This document shows, piece by piece, positions 48,918 through 59,412 of a DNA stretch of 64,000 nt. Position 1 is the first letter of the stretch. The number at the start of each line of letters is the position of its first letter. Under the pieces are notes generated by a model. That model was given only the letters and a program-made list of their open reading frames with translations. It was not told the origin of the DNA and searched no databases. The stretch is from an uncultured Gemmatimonadaceae bacterium (GTDB lineage Bacteria; Gemmatimonadota; Gemmatimonadetes; Gemmatimonadales; Gemmatimonadaceae), in the NCBI GenBank assembly GCA_963781585.1, contig CAWAGQ010000003.1:256001-320000 (forward strand). Direction: 5' to 3'. The position numbers and the translations under genes are program-made.

Positions 48918-50299
48918 CCACCGAGCTGTCGCCGGTGGCCGTGGCGCGCCTGGCAGAAGCATCCTACCCGTCTCCGGACGCTGCCCAGTCGCCACTGCGC
49001 GACGCGCTCTTGCGCATCGCCGAGGCACTGCACTGGCGAGACGACGCGTCGGCGTTAGGCGCAATAGTCCCGCAAGGGGCGAGGGTGGTGGTGAAGCCGA
49101 ATCTGGTGCTGCACGAAAACCTCGCGGGCGACGGCATCGAACCGCTGCTCACGCACAGCTCCGTCATCCGCCTGGTGGTTCAGGAACTGCTGCGGAGCGC
49201 CGCCGGTCGGGTGGTCGTCGGCGACGCCCCGCTCCAGGGATGTGACTGGGGCGCATTGCGGCGCGTCACCGGGCTGGGAGGATGGGCCGAGGAACTCGCG
49301 ACCAAGGAGGGCCGGTTCGTCGGCCTGGTCGATTTCCGACGCACGCGGAGCACGGTGCGGGCGGGAGTCCGCGAGGCCGAGGAGGATCTGCTCCCACTGG
49401 ATCAGTTCGTGCTGTTCGACCTCGGTGGCGAGAGTCTGCTCGAGCCCGTGACACTCCCGGGGATCTTCCGTGTGACTCAATACGACCCGGACGCCATGGC
49501 CCGCACGCACGCGCCCGGGCGGCACCAGTACCTGGTGGCGCGCGAGGTCATAGATGCCGAGGTGATCGTGAACCTGCCCAAGCTCAAGACACACAAGAAG
49601 GCGGGGATCACCTGCGCCCTCAAGAACCTCATCGGCATCAACGGGAACAAGGAATTCCTGCCGCACCACCGCGTGGGTGGTAGTGACAACAGCGGCGACT
49701 GCTACCCTGGTGACAATGCGATCAAGCGGGCCCTGGAACGCTCGCTCGACCGGCTCAATCAGTCGCAGTCCTATGTCGAGAAACTCGCATGGTCCACGAG
49801 CGCGCGCGCACTGCACAAGGCCGCGGTGATGGCCGGCGACGTGTACGGCGTGGAAGGCTCATGGTCGGGCAACGACACGATCTGGCGCACCTGCCTGGAT
49901 CTCAATCGCATCCTTCTCTATGGGCGTCCCGACGGCACCCTGGCTGACGCGCCGCAACGGCGGGTGATCAACCTGGTCGACGCCGTCGTGGCCGGCCAGG
50001 GCGATGGACCTCTGTCACCCCGGCGCCTCGATCTCGGGTTGTTGATCGGTGGCACCTCGAGCCCGGCCGTCGACTGGGTTGGGGCCCTGCTGCTCGGGTA
50101 CGATCCCGAACGAATTCCCATCGCGCATGAAGCATTCGGCTCGTTTCGGTGGCCGCTCGTTGATCCGCCGGCACGAGGCTCGGACGTGCGGATCGTAGGC
50201 GACCTGGGCGAGGGACTCGCAGACCAGCTGCTTGCCGGCTCCGCCCCCGCCGGGATCGCGCACCCTGTGGGATGGCGCGACGCCGCGCGCGCGCCGTGA
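48914..50299 (+). CDS. DUF362 domain protein
   Basis: VVVKPNLV, VGDAP, NLPKLKTHKKAGITCALKN, GQGDGP. Confidence 0.85.
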   Translation: MTTELSPVAVARLAEASYPSPDAAQSPLRDALLRIAEALHWRDDASALGAIVPQGARVVVKPNLVLHENLAGDGIEPLLTHSSVIRLVVQELLRSAAGRVVVGDAPLQGCDWGALRRVTGLGGWAEELATKEGRFVGLVDFRRTRSTVRAGVREAEEDLLPLDQFVLFDLGGESLLEPVTLPGIFRVTQYDPDAMARTHAPGRHQYLVAREVIDAEVIVNLPKLKTHKKAGITCALKNLIGINGNKEFLPHHRVGGSDNSGDCYPGDNAIKRALERSLDRLNQSQSYVEKLAWSTSARALHKAAVMAGDVYGVEGSWSGNDTIWRTCLDLNRILLYGRPDGTLADAPQRRVINLVDAVVAGQGDGPLSPRRLDLGLLIGGTSSPAVDWVGALLLGYDPERIPIAHEAFGSFRWPLVDPPARGSDVRIVGDLGEGLADQLLAGSAPAGIAHPVGWRDAARAP

Positions 50300-50339
50300 T
50301 CCGGGATCCCGTGACGACCCCGGTTCCCGCCCGCCCCTG

Positions 50340-51392
50340 ATGCTCAGGTCGCTCAAGCTCACCGCTCTGCGTGCCGCGAGGGGAAGCGGTGCGCTGCGCC
50401 TGATCGACGGCAGCGACTGGCGTCATCGTCGCCTGCTGATTCTCGGCTATCACGGTGTCTCACAGGCTGACGAGGACCAGTGGGACTCGTCGCTGTTCAT
50501 GCCGCAGGAAATGGTGCGGTCGCGGTTCGAGTTGTTGCGGCGCGGTGGGTACGCAGTGCTGCCACTGGGCGAGGCGATTCAACGGCTTCACGACGGCTCG
50601 CTCTCCGATCGCAGCGTTGCGATCACGTTCGACGACGGATCCGCGGACTTCTATTCTCGCGCGTATCCGTTGCTCCAGGAGTTCGGTTACCCGGTGACGC
50701 TGTACCTGACCACCTTCTACAGTCGGGACCAGCGTCCGGTGTTCCCGCCCATGTGCGGTTATCTCCTGTGGCGCGGACGCACGCGCCGGATCAGTGGGCA
50801 GGACCTCGTACCGCATGGCGGCTCGCTCGACCTCGCTGACCCGACACAGCGTCGGTCCGCATTCGAAGCGATTTTGCGCTGGGCAGCGGAACGAAGACTG
50901 GATGCATCGCAAAAGGACGATCTGTTAGGCACGCTTGCCGAGCGGGTGGGGGTGGATTTTGTCGACCTCTGTCAGCGCCGGCTGCTCCAGATCATGTCCA
51001 GGGAGGAGATCGCGCAACTCGATCCGAAGCTGGTGGACGTGCAGCTGCACACCCATCGTCACCGTACTCCGCTCAATCGCGAGCTGTTCCGCCGCGAAGT
51101 CGAAGACAACCGGCGCGAAATAGCCCGGATCACTCACTCCAGCAGGCTCCTGACGCACTTCTGCTATCCCAGCGGCGTGACGCATCCCCACTTCCTGCCG
51201 TGGCTCCGCGAGCTCGGCATCGAGTCGGCGACGACGTGCTACACAGGCATCGCGTCCGCGGCCACCGACCCGCTCATGCTCCCGCGACTCATCGACACCT
51301 GCTCGCTCACGACACTGGAGTTCGAGAGCTGGCTCACGGGCGCGGCGGCATTGCTTCCCACTCGCCGTCTTCGCGTCGCACATGCCGACTGA
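50340..51392 (+). CDS. Polysaccharide deacetylase
   Basis: ILGYHG, ITFDDG, LHTHRH, FCYPSG. Confidence 0.9.
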   Translation: MLRSLKLTALRAARGSGALRLIDGSDWRHRRLLILGYHGVSQADEDQWDSSLFMPQEMVRSRFELLRRGGYAVLPLGEAIQRLHDGSLSDRSVAITFDDGSADFYSRAYPLLQEFGYPVTLYLTTFYSRDQRPVFPPMCGYLLWRGRTRRISGQDLVPHGGSLDLADPTQRRSAFEAILRWAAERRLDASQKDDLLGTLAERVGVDFVDLCQRRLLQIMSREEIAQLDPKLVDVQLHTHRHRTPLNRELFRREVEDNRREIARITHSSRLLTHFCYPSGVTHPHFLPWLRELGIESATTCYTGIASAATDPLMLPRLIDTCSLTTLEFESWLTGAAALLPTRRLRVAHAD

Positions 51393-51510
51393 ACGCCTGA
51401 CTCGCTGACTACCGACTCGGAACTGTCGCTTCTGGCAGATATCGAACGGTTGAGGGATTCTGAGCGCCCGAGGCAGACGCAGCGATTGCGCGCCACCTGA
51501 ACAGAACCAA

Positions 51511-51712
51511 TCAGCGCACGTCGACGCCGTCAGTCCCGGTGCGAAGCGTCACCATGTCGGCGCCGGGACTGGTGCCATGCGCCCACAGGCGGCGATACGG
51601 GCTGGTCGGCGACAGATTATGCTCGCCCACCGCCATGTTCGTGTATCCGATGCTACCGTCTAGCCGCTGGGAAGTGGTTCCCCAGCGGAGAGGCGATCGT
51701 CGCTCCGTTCAT
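51511..51712 (-). pseudogene. Relic C-terminal tail of a beta-helix protein (copy 1)
   Basis: PLGNHFP / frameshift / IGYTNMAVGEHNLSPTSPYRRLWAHGTSPGADMVTLRTGTDGVDVR-stop. Confidence 0.5.
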
Positions 51713-52647
51713 GGCCGTGATGCCCCGTTCGCATCAGTCTTTTCTTGTCGTCGCGTGAGGATCAGGGGATCTCGACGTTCGCGATGGCGCTGTTCACCAT
51801 CGCGGTATTGGCTCCAGCTCCAGTCGCTTGCGCCGCACTCAGCGACGAAACGAAGGTGCTACTGGGAAAGCCGGACTTGTGGCCGCCGATAATCACCGTA
51901 TGCTGGAAGTTCAGCGTTCCTCTGACGACCCGCGGCAACAAAGATTCGTTGCAGGAGAGCCCGGCCCCGCACATACCGTAGGCGCCGAACGCGACGATGT
52001 TGTCGTGATAGTCGAAGCCATTCACTGCCGGCGCGGTACCAAAAGTCAGGAAGGTCTTGAAGGACGCCGGCGATGTCATCGTATTATTGCGGATTATGAC
52101 GTTGCCCGCGCCGTCCAGCAACTGCACCATCTTTGAGTCGCCGATGTAGGGCGCCACGCTTATGTTCTCGACGATGTTCTGCTCGATCAGCACTCGGTTG
52201 AGCAGTTCTCCAACCGGATACGGATTGCTGCCCTCGCGACCGAGGAGGTCGAACGCGCCGGCCGCATTGCGAATCACGTTGTAACGGACGGTGATGTCGC
52301 GCGACGTACACCATGTGCATTGCCCGCTGGAGTTGGCCGACTTGAACATGATCGCGAAACCCACCTGCCCATCTCCCCAAGATCCGTCGAAGACGTTCCC
52401 CTCGATCAGGAAACGCTGCACGTTCTTTGTCTCAAGGAGGTTCTTCTTCGTCCACACGCCGATCCAGCTCGCCGGCGAGTAGACGAAGTTGCGGCGGAAC
52501 TCGATGTCGCTGGGAATCAGATTCGGGATGCTCGGGTCCGCGCCACCGAACATCACGTTCTCACCGACGCCTTCCAGCGTGTTGTTCACGATCTTGTACG
52601 GCCCGGGGCCGTTCCAGCCAACAATCGCCTGCGAATCGAAGCCCTTC
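51553..52647. repeat. ~1.1 kb near-identical direct repeat, copy 1
   Basis: Matches 60984-62078 at a constant offset of 9431 with only scattered substitutions. Confidence 0.92.
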
Positions 52648-53315
52648 CCGTGGCACTCGCTGATGTAGGAATCGATCACCGCCGAGCTCGCGCTCTGGAG
52701 CGAGAGGCATCGCTGCAGTTGTAACCGCGGGTGACCGTGTACGTAGACGCGGTCCAGCACGATGTTCGATGGGATCCTGCTCAACTCGTTCTGTGCCCGT
52801 GACCCGTCGCCAAGACGCACAATCGACTCGGTGGCACGAACCGATTCATCGACCATCATCTCTATTCCCATGATGCGCCAACCACTCGTTCCGGCCGCTG
52901 TGCGGAGTGCCGGCGCATTGGCCTGCACGGCGACCAGCTTCGCCAACCTCGCCTCCGCCGCGTGCGACGGGGTCATGCGCGTCCCCTCGTCGCCCAACGC
53001 CACGTTGGTGCGCACGACGATCGTGCCGTTCCCGGTTTTCCTCGGCAGCACGTACGTCCCGCGGAATGTCGCTCCCGGCGCAAGCTGAACGACATCTCCG
53101 GGCTCCGCGGCATCCAGCGCAGCCTGCAGATCACCGCTTTGCGCCACGTTACGTACCTTGCCGGTTGGCGGCACGTAATCTGTATTGAGATAGGTGAGCG
53201 GAAGGGCGGGCTTCCGGACCGGCCCCTGTGGGGCCACCCCATGCGGTCCTGGTCCCAGTGCCGGCAGCGACAGGGCTGCGGCGGCCGATGCGACAAACGC
53301 GTACCTGAAGGTCAC
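51762..53315 (-). CDS. Secreted right-handed beta-helix (pectin-lyase-fold) protein
   Basis: AGGAGG RBS, GTG start, signal peptide, DLQAALDAAEPGDVVQL, NGPGPYKIVNN, repeated I.N strands. Confidence 0.8.
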   Translation of the reverse strand: MTFRYAFVASAAAALSLPALGPGPHGVAPQGPVRKPALPLTYLNTDYVPPTGKVRNVAQSGDLQAALDAAEPGDVVQLAPGATFRGTYVLPRKTGNGTIVVRTNVALGDEGTRMTPSHAAEARLAKLVAVQANAPALRTAAGTSGWRIMGIEMMVDESVRATESIVRLGDGSRAQNELSRIPSNIVLDRVYVHGHPRLQLQRCLSLQSASSAVIDSYISECHGKGFDSQAIVGWNGPGPYKIVNNTLEGVGENVMFGGADPSIPNLIPSDIEFRRNFVYSPASWIGVWTKKNLLETKNVQRFLIEGNVFDGSWGDGQVGFAIMFKSANSSGQCTWCTSRDITVRYNVIRNAAGAFDLLGREGSNPYPVGELLNRVLIEQNIVENISVAPYIGDSKMVQLLDGAGNVIIRNNTMTSPASFKTFLTFGTAPAVNGFDYHDNIVAFGAYGMCGAGLSCNESLLPRVVRGTLNFQHTVIIGGHKSGFPSSTFVSSLSAAQATGAGANTAMVNSAIANVEIP

Positions 53316-53334
53316 GGTATCCAGCCTCCTTTGG

Positions 53335-54540
53335 TCAAGCCGTCGACGCGGCCGCGCCGATCGCGTCAAGCCGATTGTCCCCCGCTTCTCGCAGCAGCCG
53401 CACATAGAGGCGCTCGAGCGAGTCGATCACCGCAGGTGCCGAGAAGCGGCTCCGTGCAACAGCCGCACCCTGCCCTCCCATCTCCCGCGCCCGAGCCGGC
53501 TCATCCAGAAGTCCGGTAATGGCGGCCGCCAGCGCGTCGACGTCTCCGGGGGGCACCAGTAGACCGGTGAGGTTGTGTTCGACCGCATCATGCACCCCGC
53601 CCACATCGGTTGCCACAACCGGGCGCCCGCTCGCCATCGCCTCCAGGATCGAGTTCGGGAAGCCCTCGGCGCGCGAGCACAGCACGGAGATCTCGAACAG
53701 TCCGTGCATGCTCGGCACTCGCGGTCGAAGGCCGGCGAATCGCACCTGGGGCTCGAGCCCGAGCTCGCGAACCCGGGCCTCCACGCGCGCGCGCTCCGGA
53801 CCATCGCCCACCACAACCAGTCGGATCCGGGGATGAACCTGCCGCACCAGGGCAACTGCGCCAATCAGAGTCTCGTGGTCCTTCACGGGGAGGAGCGACG
53901 CTACGATTCCCACGACGCGGTCGCCATCGGCGAGGTCGAGTTCCCGCCGCCATGACCCGAGTTGCGTCTGCGAAGGTGGTGTGAACAACTCGTCACCGAT
54001 GAAGTTGTGGACCACCGCTACATGATCCGCGTTCAGGCCGTCCCGGTCTACCAGCGAGCGACCCACCGCTTCGCTATTGGCGAGGACCCGGTCCGCCAGG
54101 CGGAACCCCAGTCGGTTCAGCGCGCCATAGGGCCACGGAGCAGACCACCAGCGCTTGCTGGCGATCACCACGGGGACGCGCGCGGCTCGTGCGACGAGTA
54201 CCGAGAACACGTTGGAGTACATATCGTGCGCATGCACGATCGCGACGCCCTCCTCGCGAAAGAACCTGCGGAGGGCCGCTGCCTGACGCAGCGTACGCGG
54301 CCCGTACAGGTTGCGGATAGGGAAACGCACCACCGGTATTCCGATCGCCGCGTACCGCTCGCCTAGAGGTCCCTCTCCACGGAGGGTGATGACGGAAATC
54401 CTGAAGCGGTTGCGATCGAGTCGTTCCGCCGTGGCCAGCGCGTTGAGTTCCGTTCCGCCGACCTGCATGGTGTCGATCGAGAAGGCAACGTGGACCAGAT
54501 GGTCTGGCGAGGTGGACAACGCATCTGGACGCCCCGTCAC
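53335..54540 (-). CDS. Glycosyltransferase family 4
   Basis: GGTE, VHAH, SRAEGFPNSILEAMASGRPVVATDVGG. Confidence 0.93.
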   Translation of the reverse strand: MTGRPDALSTSPDHLVHVAFSIDTMQVGGTELNALATAERLDRNRFRISVITLRGEGPLGERYAAIGIPVVRFPIRNLYGPRTLRQAAALRRFFREEGVAIVHAHDMYSNVFSVLVARAARVPVVIASKRWWSAPWPYGALNRLGFRLADRVLANSEAVGRSLVDRDGLNADHVAVVHNFIGDELFTPPSQTQLGSWRRELDLADGDRVVGIVASLLPVKDHETLIGAVALVRQVHPRIRLVVVGDGPERARVEARVRELGLEPQVRFAGLRPRVPSMHGLFEISVLCSRAEGFPNSILEAMASGRPVVATDVGGVHDAVEHNLTGLLVPPGDVDALAAAITGLLDEPARAREMGGQGAAVARSRFSAPAVIDSLERLYVRLLREAGDNRLDAIGAAASTA

Positions 54541-54947
54541 GGGTGCAGGCTCCCCGCAGCGCGGGCCGGTGGCACGCCCGGGGGGCGACGAGTGGGAAGT
54601 AGATGGTCCATCAGAAAGCTGGACTTCATGGGTACAGTCACCGCATCGAGTTCGTGGCTGTCAGTTGTACCCGAGTGGACCGCAGGTCTCGGGCCTCCCC
54701 CGTTCTGACATCCGTGACCCACCCCTGACCGACCACATTCATGCCGGTGTAAGTCACTGCGACAGCGTGGTTTCGGGCAAGCAGGAGTGCTCCCGTCACG
54801 TGACGCATCTCCATGTGGCCTAGTCCTTTCGCTGAGTAGTATGTTCCTTGCATGGGAGCGGTGCGTGAGGCCAGCAAAGGCAAAGGCGTCCGCGATCGTG
54901 GAATGTCGCGAGAACGCCGCGCTGAGGACAGATAGCGTGCTCGTCGC

Positions 54948-56360
54948 ATGAGACGGCCTGGACCAGGCTGGCGCACGTGGCGCGCGCGACACTCGCCGGA
55001 GTCCGGTGTGGTCGCACCGAGCGGTGTGGCCGCCGTCGGAGCGGATTTCGTCCCGGCTACACCGCCGTTGCCAAGGTCCCCCGCGATTCCGGACGAGCGC
55101 GTTCGCTGGACTCTCGGGTTCATCGCGATACTCGCCTACATCTTCTCGGTCACCACCTATCGCATAAACATCGCCACACCGGCGATGGTGGTTGCGATCG
55201 TCGCACTGCTTTTCGAGGGGAACGCTATTCGCTTCTCTCCCTTCCTGTTGTTCTTCGCCATGTGGGTCGTATGGTGTGTCACTGGTCTTCCGTTCAGTTT
55301 CGCGCCGTCGCTCACCAGCGATGCGCTGCGGGTCATGGGCAAGCTTCTCCTCGTCGCTCTGGCTATCACGTGGCTTGTGCAGACTTACGGCAGGCTGCGC
55401 GTCTTCGTGGGATTCTATGCGGCGTGCTTCCTTCTGTTCCCGGTGCGCGGGGCGCTGGTCAACTACCTCGTTGGGTACACTGTTTTTGGCCGCGCCCTGT
55501 GGAACTACGTTTACTCCAATCCGAACGATCTGGCGGCGTTTCTGTTCTGCCCGCTCGCCCTGTTGGTCTGGCTGGCGCAGGCCGAGCGTGAGCGGCGCCT
55601 GAGGCTGATCGCGATCGGCGGCGCCGGGGTAATGGTGTTGGTGCTGCTGATGACGCAATCGCGCGGTGCGTTCATCGCCCTAGTGGTCAGCGGCGCGTTC
55701 TACCTCGTCCGCAGTTCGACGAGGCGAGCCGTACGCGGCTTGATGGTCGCGCTGGCAGTAATGACGCTTGTGGTGCCCTTCGTGCCAAGCTCGGCATGGA
55801 ATCGGTTTCGAGCGATGTCATACCTCTCCAGCACGCAGACGCTGGCGCAAGCGGACCCGGAGGGATCGGCCGAGGACCGCTACGACATCTGGCGAGTCGC
55901 GGTCCAGATCATCGCCGCGAACCCGATCAGCGGAGTGGGTCTCGGCTGTTACGAATACGCCCACGCCCTGCAGTCGGCCCAGATGGACGTGCTGCCCGGA
56001 GCGAAGGGCATTCGCGACACCCACTCGACATACCTGCACGTGGCAGCCGAGTCGGGGTTTCCGGGACTCGGTCTCTTTCTATTGATGTTGGCCGGGGTCT
56101 TCGCCAGCGCGGAGCGTGCGCGCCGTCGCACAGCGGACCAGCGATTGAGCGCCCTGATTCTCTCTCAGGAGGCCGGCCTGGTGGGCTTCCTTGTTGCGGG
56201 AGTGTTTGGATCGTTCGCGGGGCTCAACGTGCTGTACATTCAACTGGCAATCCTCTCGGCCGCTTCGGCGATCGCGATGAGGTCGGCGGGCGCCCTCCCC
56301 GTTGCGCGCAGAAGCGCGGCCTTCATCAGGACACCCATGCAAACGGGGGAGGCGCACTAG
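54948..56360 (+). CDS. O-antigen ligase/polymerase family protein (Wzy-like)
   Basis: NPNDLA, TQSRGAF, R..IW, PISGVGLG, THSTYLHVAAESG. Confidence 0.88.
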   Translation: MRRPGPGWRTWRARHSPESGVVAPSGVAAVGADFVPATPPLPRSPAIPDERVRWTLGFIAILAYIFSVTTYRINIATPAMVVAIVALLFEGNAIRFSPFLLFFAMWVVWCVTGLPFSFAPSLTSDALRVMGKLLLVALAITWLVQTYGRLRVFVGFYAACFLLFPVRGALVNYLVGYTVFGRALWNYVYSNPNDLAAFLFCPLALLVWLAQAERERRLRLIAIGGAGVMVLVLLMTQSRGAFIALVVSGAFYLVRSSTRRAVRGLMVALAVMTLVVPFVPSSAWNRFRAMSYLSSTQTLAQADPEGSAEDRYDIWRVAVQIIAANPISGVGLGCYEYAHALQSAQMDVLPGAKGIRDTHSTYLHVAAESGFPGLGLFLLMLAGVFASAERARRRTADQRLSALILSQEAGLVGFLVAGVFGSFAGLNVLYIQLAILSAASAIAMRSAGALPVARRSAAFIRTPMQTGEAH

Positions 56361-56406
56361 CCCGGACTCTCGACCTCCGGCCGACTGCACTCGGGGCACA
56401 GCCCGG

Positions 56407-58320
56407 TTATCGCGGCCCGGTGGCCGCGGCGGCCAAGTGCGGTGTCGGGAAAGACGCGGGCGTCGCGGCGGCACTGGCTTCTTCGCGCAACCATTCCTCC
56501 AGCACCCACAGGTACCAGAGGCGCCGCGACGCGACGCCGCGGTGCGCCGCATCGGCAACTTCGGCCTGCAGAGGATCGCTCGCGATCCATCCGTCCCTCG
56601 CCAAATGCGAATCGCGAAGCATCGTCGCGACGCGATCGTGCCACCGGCCTCCCATCCAAGCTTCCACCGGGATGCTGAATCCGCGCTTGCGGCCCGCCGC
56701 GACGCGTGCGCCGATGCGACGCCGCGCGATCTCGCGCAGAATCGCCTTGAGTTGCCCGCCGTGCAGCCGAACGTCGAAGGGGAGTGCCGCGGCGTGTTCC
56801 CATAGCAGGTGATCGAGAAAGGGCGACCGTGCCTCGAGCGAATAGCGCATCGCGGCACCGTCGACCTTGACGAGATACTCCGAGACGAACTGGGTATCGC
56901 GATCGTACGCAAGGTACTCCGACAGCGCATGCCGCGCGGCCACGATCGTCCACTCGGCGTTCGGCCCGGGAAAGTCGGCGTCCGCGAGGCGCGGCCCGAG
57001 CAGACCACGCGACCTGAAATCCTCCAAACCCGGATTCGCTCGCACGAACGCCGCAAGCCCACCAGTGGTGTAGTCAACGGCGTGCACAAGGCGCCTCAAT
57101 ACGCCGCGGCGCGGAACGGCCCGGCGAATCGTCTGCCAACTCGACGCCGCCCACGCCGGCAGGTACCGCGCAACTCGTTGCGTGTGCCACAGCATCCGAT
57201 GACGAGGATAACCGAGAAACACGTCGTCGCCGCCATCACCCGTCAGAACGACTTTGGCCGGCGTCGATGCGATCGCACGCGAGAGCCGAAGCATCCCGAG
57301 CGCCGACGAGCACGCGAAGGGCTCGGCGAACGCGCGCACGAGTTCGGAGACGCTCACGTCGTCATCATCCGAGAGGCGAAGCACCTCGTGCCGCACGTTG
57401 AGCGCGTGTGCGGTCGCCACCGCATCATCCGTCTCGTCGAGTGGGTGTCGCGGCGTGCCGGCCGTGTACGCTGTGACGTCGGCCCCGAGCTTCGCCACGG
57501 CCCAGCAGACCAGGCTGGAGTCCACTCCACCGCTCAACAGCGCGGCGACTGGAACGTCGGCAAAGAGCCGCCGCTCCACCGCGTCGAGCACCAGTCGCTC
57601 GGTCTGCGCGACCGCCTCGTCAAACGTCATCATGACCGACGACTCACTTGGCGGCGACCAGTAGCGTCGGATCGCGACCTTCCCGCCGGCCCATTCGGCA
57701 ATCGACGCCGGGGGCAACTTGGAGACGCCGTGGTAGATTGAGCGACCTTCGGAGATGAATCCGTGCTGGAGGTAGTCGGCCACCGCCTGTGGGTTCAGGC
57801 GCTCGGCAAAGCCGCCCGCCCGCAAGGCGCGGACGGTCGAAGCGAAGGCAATCGTGCCGTTCCCCTCGACGTAGACGAGGGGCTTGACCCCGAGTCGATC
57901 GCGAACAAGAAACAGGCGCCGCGCAGCGTTGTCCCAGAGCGCGAACGCGTACATGCCGTACAGCCGCGCGACGAGCGAGTCGATACCCCAGACGCGGTAG
58001 CCATGGATCAGGACTTCCGTATCCGTCTCGCTCCGGAACCCAACGCCGTCGCGCACTAGCCCACCGCGCAGATCGCGAAAGTTGTAGATGGCGCCGTTGA
58101 AGACCACGCCGATCTGTCCGTCGGGCGAAAGCATGGGCTGGTGGCCGGCGGCGCTGAGATCAAAGATGGCGAGCCGTCGGTGACCGAGCACCGCATCTGG
58201 CCAAGATGCCGTGCCGCCACTATCCGGACCGCGCCGCTCGAGTGAGCGGAGCATGAGCGGCATGGTATCCGCGGCACGGACCACACCGGGGGCGCCTATG
58301 ATCCCAGCCAGACCGCACAT
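56407..58320 (-). CDS. asnB: Second asparagine-synthase-like amidotransferase
   Basis: MCGLAG, RRGPD, NGAIYN, LSGGVDSS, TGDGGDD, EARSPFLD. Confidence 0.93.
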   Translation of the reverse strand: MCGLAGIIGAPGVVRAADTMPLMLRSLERRGPDSGGTASWPDAVLGHRRLAIFDLSAAGHQPMLSPDGQIGVVFNGAIYNFRDLRGGLVRDGVGFRSETDTEVLIHGYRVWGIDSLVARLYGMYAFALWDNAARRLFLVRDRLGVKPLVYVEGNGTIAFASTVRALRAGGFAERLNPQAVADYLQHGFISEGRSIYHGVSKLPPASIAEWAGGKVAIRRYWSPPSESSVMMTFDEAVAQTERLVLDAVERRLFADVPVAALLSGGVDSSLVCWAVAKLGADVTAYTAGTPRHPLDETDDAVATAHALNVRHEVLRLSDDDDVSVSELVRAFAEPFACSSALGMLRLSRAIASTPAKVVLTGDGGDDVFLGYPRHRMLWHTQRVARYLPAWAASSWQTIRRAVPRRGVLRRLVHAVDYTTGGLAAFVRANPGLEDFRSRGLLGPRLADADFPGPNAEWTIVAARHALSEYLAYDRDTQFVSEYLVKVDGAAMRYSLEARSPFLDHLLWEHAAALPFDVRLHGGQLKAILREIARRRIGARVAAGRKRGFSIPVEAWMGGRWHDRVATMLRDSHLARDGWIASDPLQAEVADAAHRGVASRRLWYLWVLEEWLREEASAAATPASFPTPHLAAAATGPR

Positions 58321-58346
58321 TCTGGAAGAATAGCTACAGTCACCGT

Positions 58347-58550
58347 CTCGCGAGCGTCGGGCATTCCGTCGAACCGCTCCGCGACCTTGCGCGCGCCGAT
58401 TTGCTCCCGTTCCAATCGATCGAAGCGCTCCGCGAAGCGGTCGCCGTCAAGGGCGATTATTGCTATGCCTGCTACGCCGGCCATTATCCGACCGAGCCTG
58501 TGCAAATCGCCTCCCTTCGGGCGCCCGCGGTTTCTAGACTGCGCGTTTAA
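58347..58550 (+). pseudogene. purF: 3' remnant of amidophosphoribosyltransferase
   Basis: Startless frame HSVEPLRDLARADLLPFQSIEALREAVAVKGDYCYACYAGHYPTEPVQI...stop; CxACxxGxYP is the PurF C-terminal Fe-S motif. Confidence 0.7.
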
Positions 58551-59356
58551 CGATTCCCGTAGAATACCGCCGTCCCAGCCATGGAACGGATTCCAGGAAG
58601 CGCCAACAACGCCGCGTCGATCAGCGCCAGCATATTGACCATTCCGCGCCGAAACGCGGGAGCTCGCTCGTAGTTGTGGTTCGGAAGCAGGAAGCGATCG
58701 ACCCTCCCCAGCAGCGTGAAACGCTTCACGCGCAGGTTTGGTAAGTGCTTCTGAATGATCCGGACCTCCGGCCCTTCGAGTGGCCGCTCATCCGGCGTCG
58801 TGTCGGTGTGAACCGGGACCATGAAGCGCATCCGCCGCAAAGCGCGGTTGAAGTTGACCGGCTCGGAGAATATCGCCAGACCGCCCGGCTTGAGGCACCG
58901 CGTCAAACTGCCGAGCACATCGTCCAGCTCCGCGATCAGGTGGTGCAGGATCGCGTCGCCCCAAACGATGTCGAAAGACCCCGGTGAGAGATCGGCGATC
59001 TCGAGCGGAACGCAGATCAGCTCGATCCGATCGCTCAGCCCATTGACCTGCGCCCGCTCGCGCGCGATCTCGATCGACTTCGACGAAATGTCGATGCCGG
59101 TGACGTGAGCGCCGAGCTTTGCGAGGGTGACCGCATTCGTGCCGTCCCCGCAGCCCACATCGAGCACCCTTTTGCCGTTCGGGTCGCCTAGGACATGGAA
59201 CCGGAATTCCTTGTTGAACCGCTTACGGTGTGGCGGCGAGTAACGCGCGAGTGCCAGAGGATCGAGCGGACGAACGTCGCCATAGTATTCATCGAAAAAC
59301 GAGGCCTCGCTCTGCCATCGCTTCTCACGATCGCCGGTTGTCCGGGATTCCCCCAT
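58547..59356 (-). CDS. Class I SAM-dependent methyltransferase
   Basis: [31 protein letters not shown]; start MGESRTT. Confidence 0.9.
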   Translation of the reverse strand: MGESRTTGDREKRWQSEASFFDEYYGDVRPLDPLALARYSPPHRKRFNKEFRFHVLGDPNGKRVLDVGCGDGTNAVTLAKLGAHVTGIDISSKSIEIARERAQVNGLSDRIELICVPLEIADLSPGSFDIVWGDAILHHLIAELDDVLGSLTRCLKPGGLAIFSEPVNFNRALRRMRFMVPVHTDTTPDERPLEGPEVRIIQKHLPNLRVKRFTLLGRVDRFLLPNHNYERAPAFRRGMVNMLALIDAALLALPGIRSMAGTAVFYGNR

Positions 59357-59412
59357 GGGATTCAGCGCCAGGGTACCGACAGTCGCCTGCCGGTTGGTAA
59401 AATGGAACTTGT

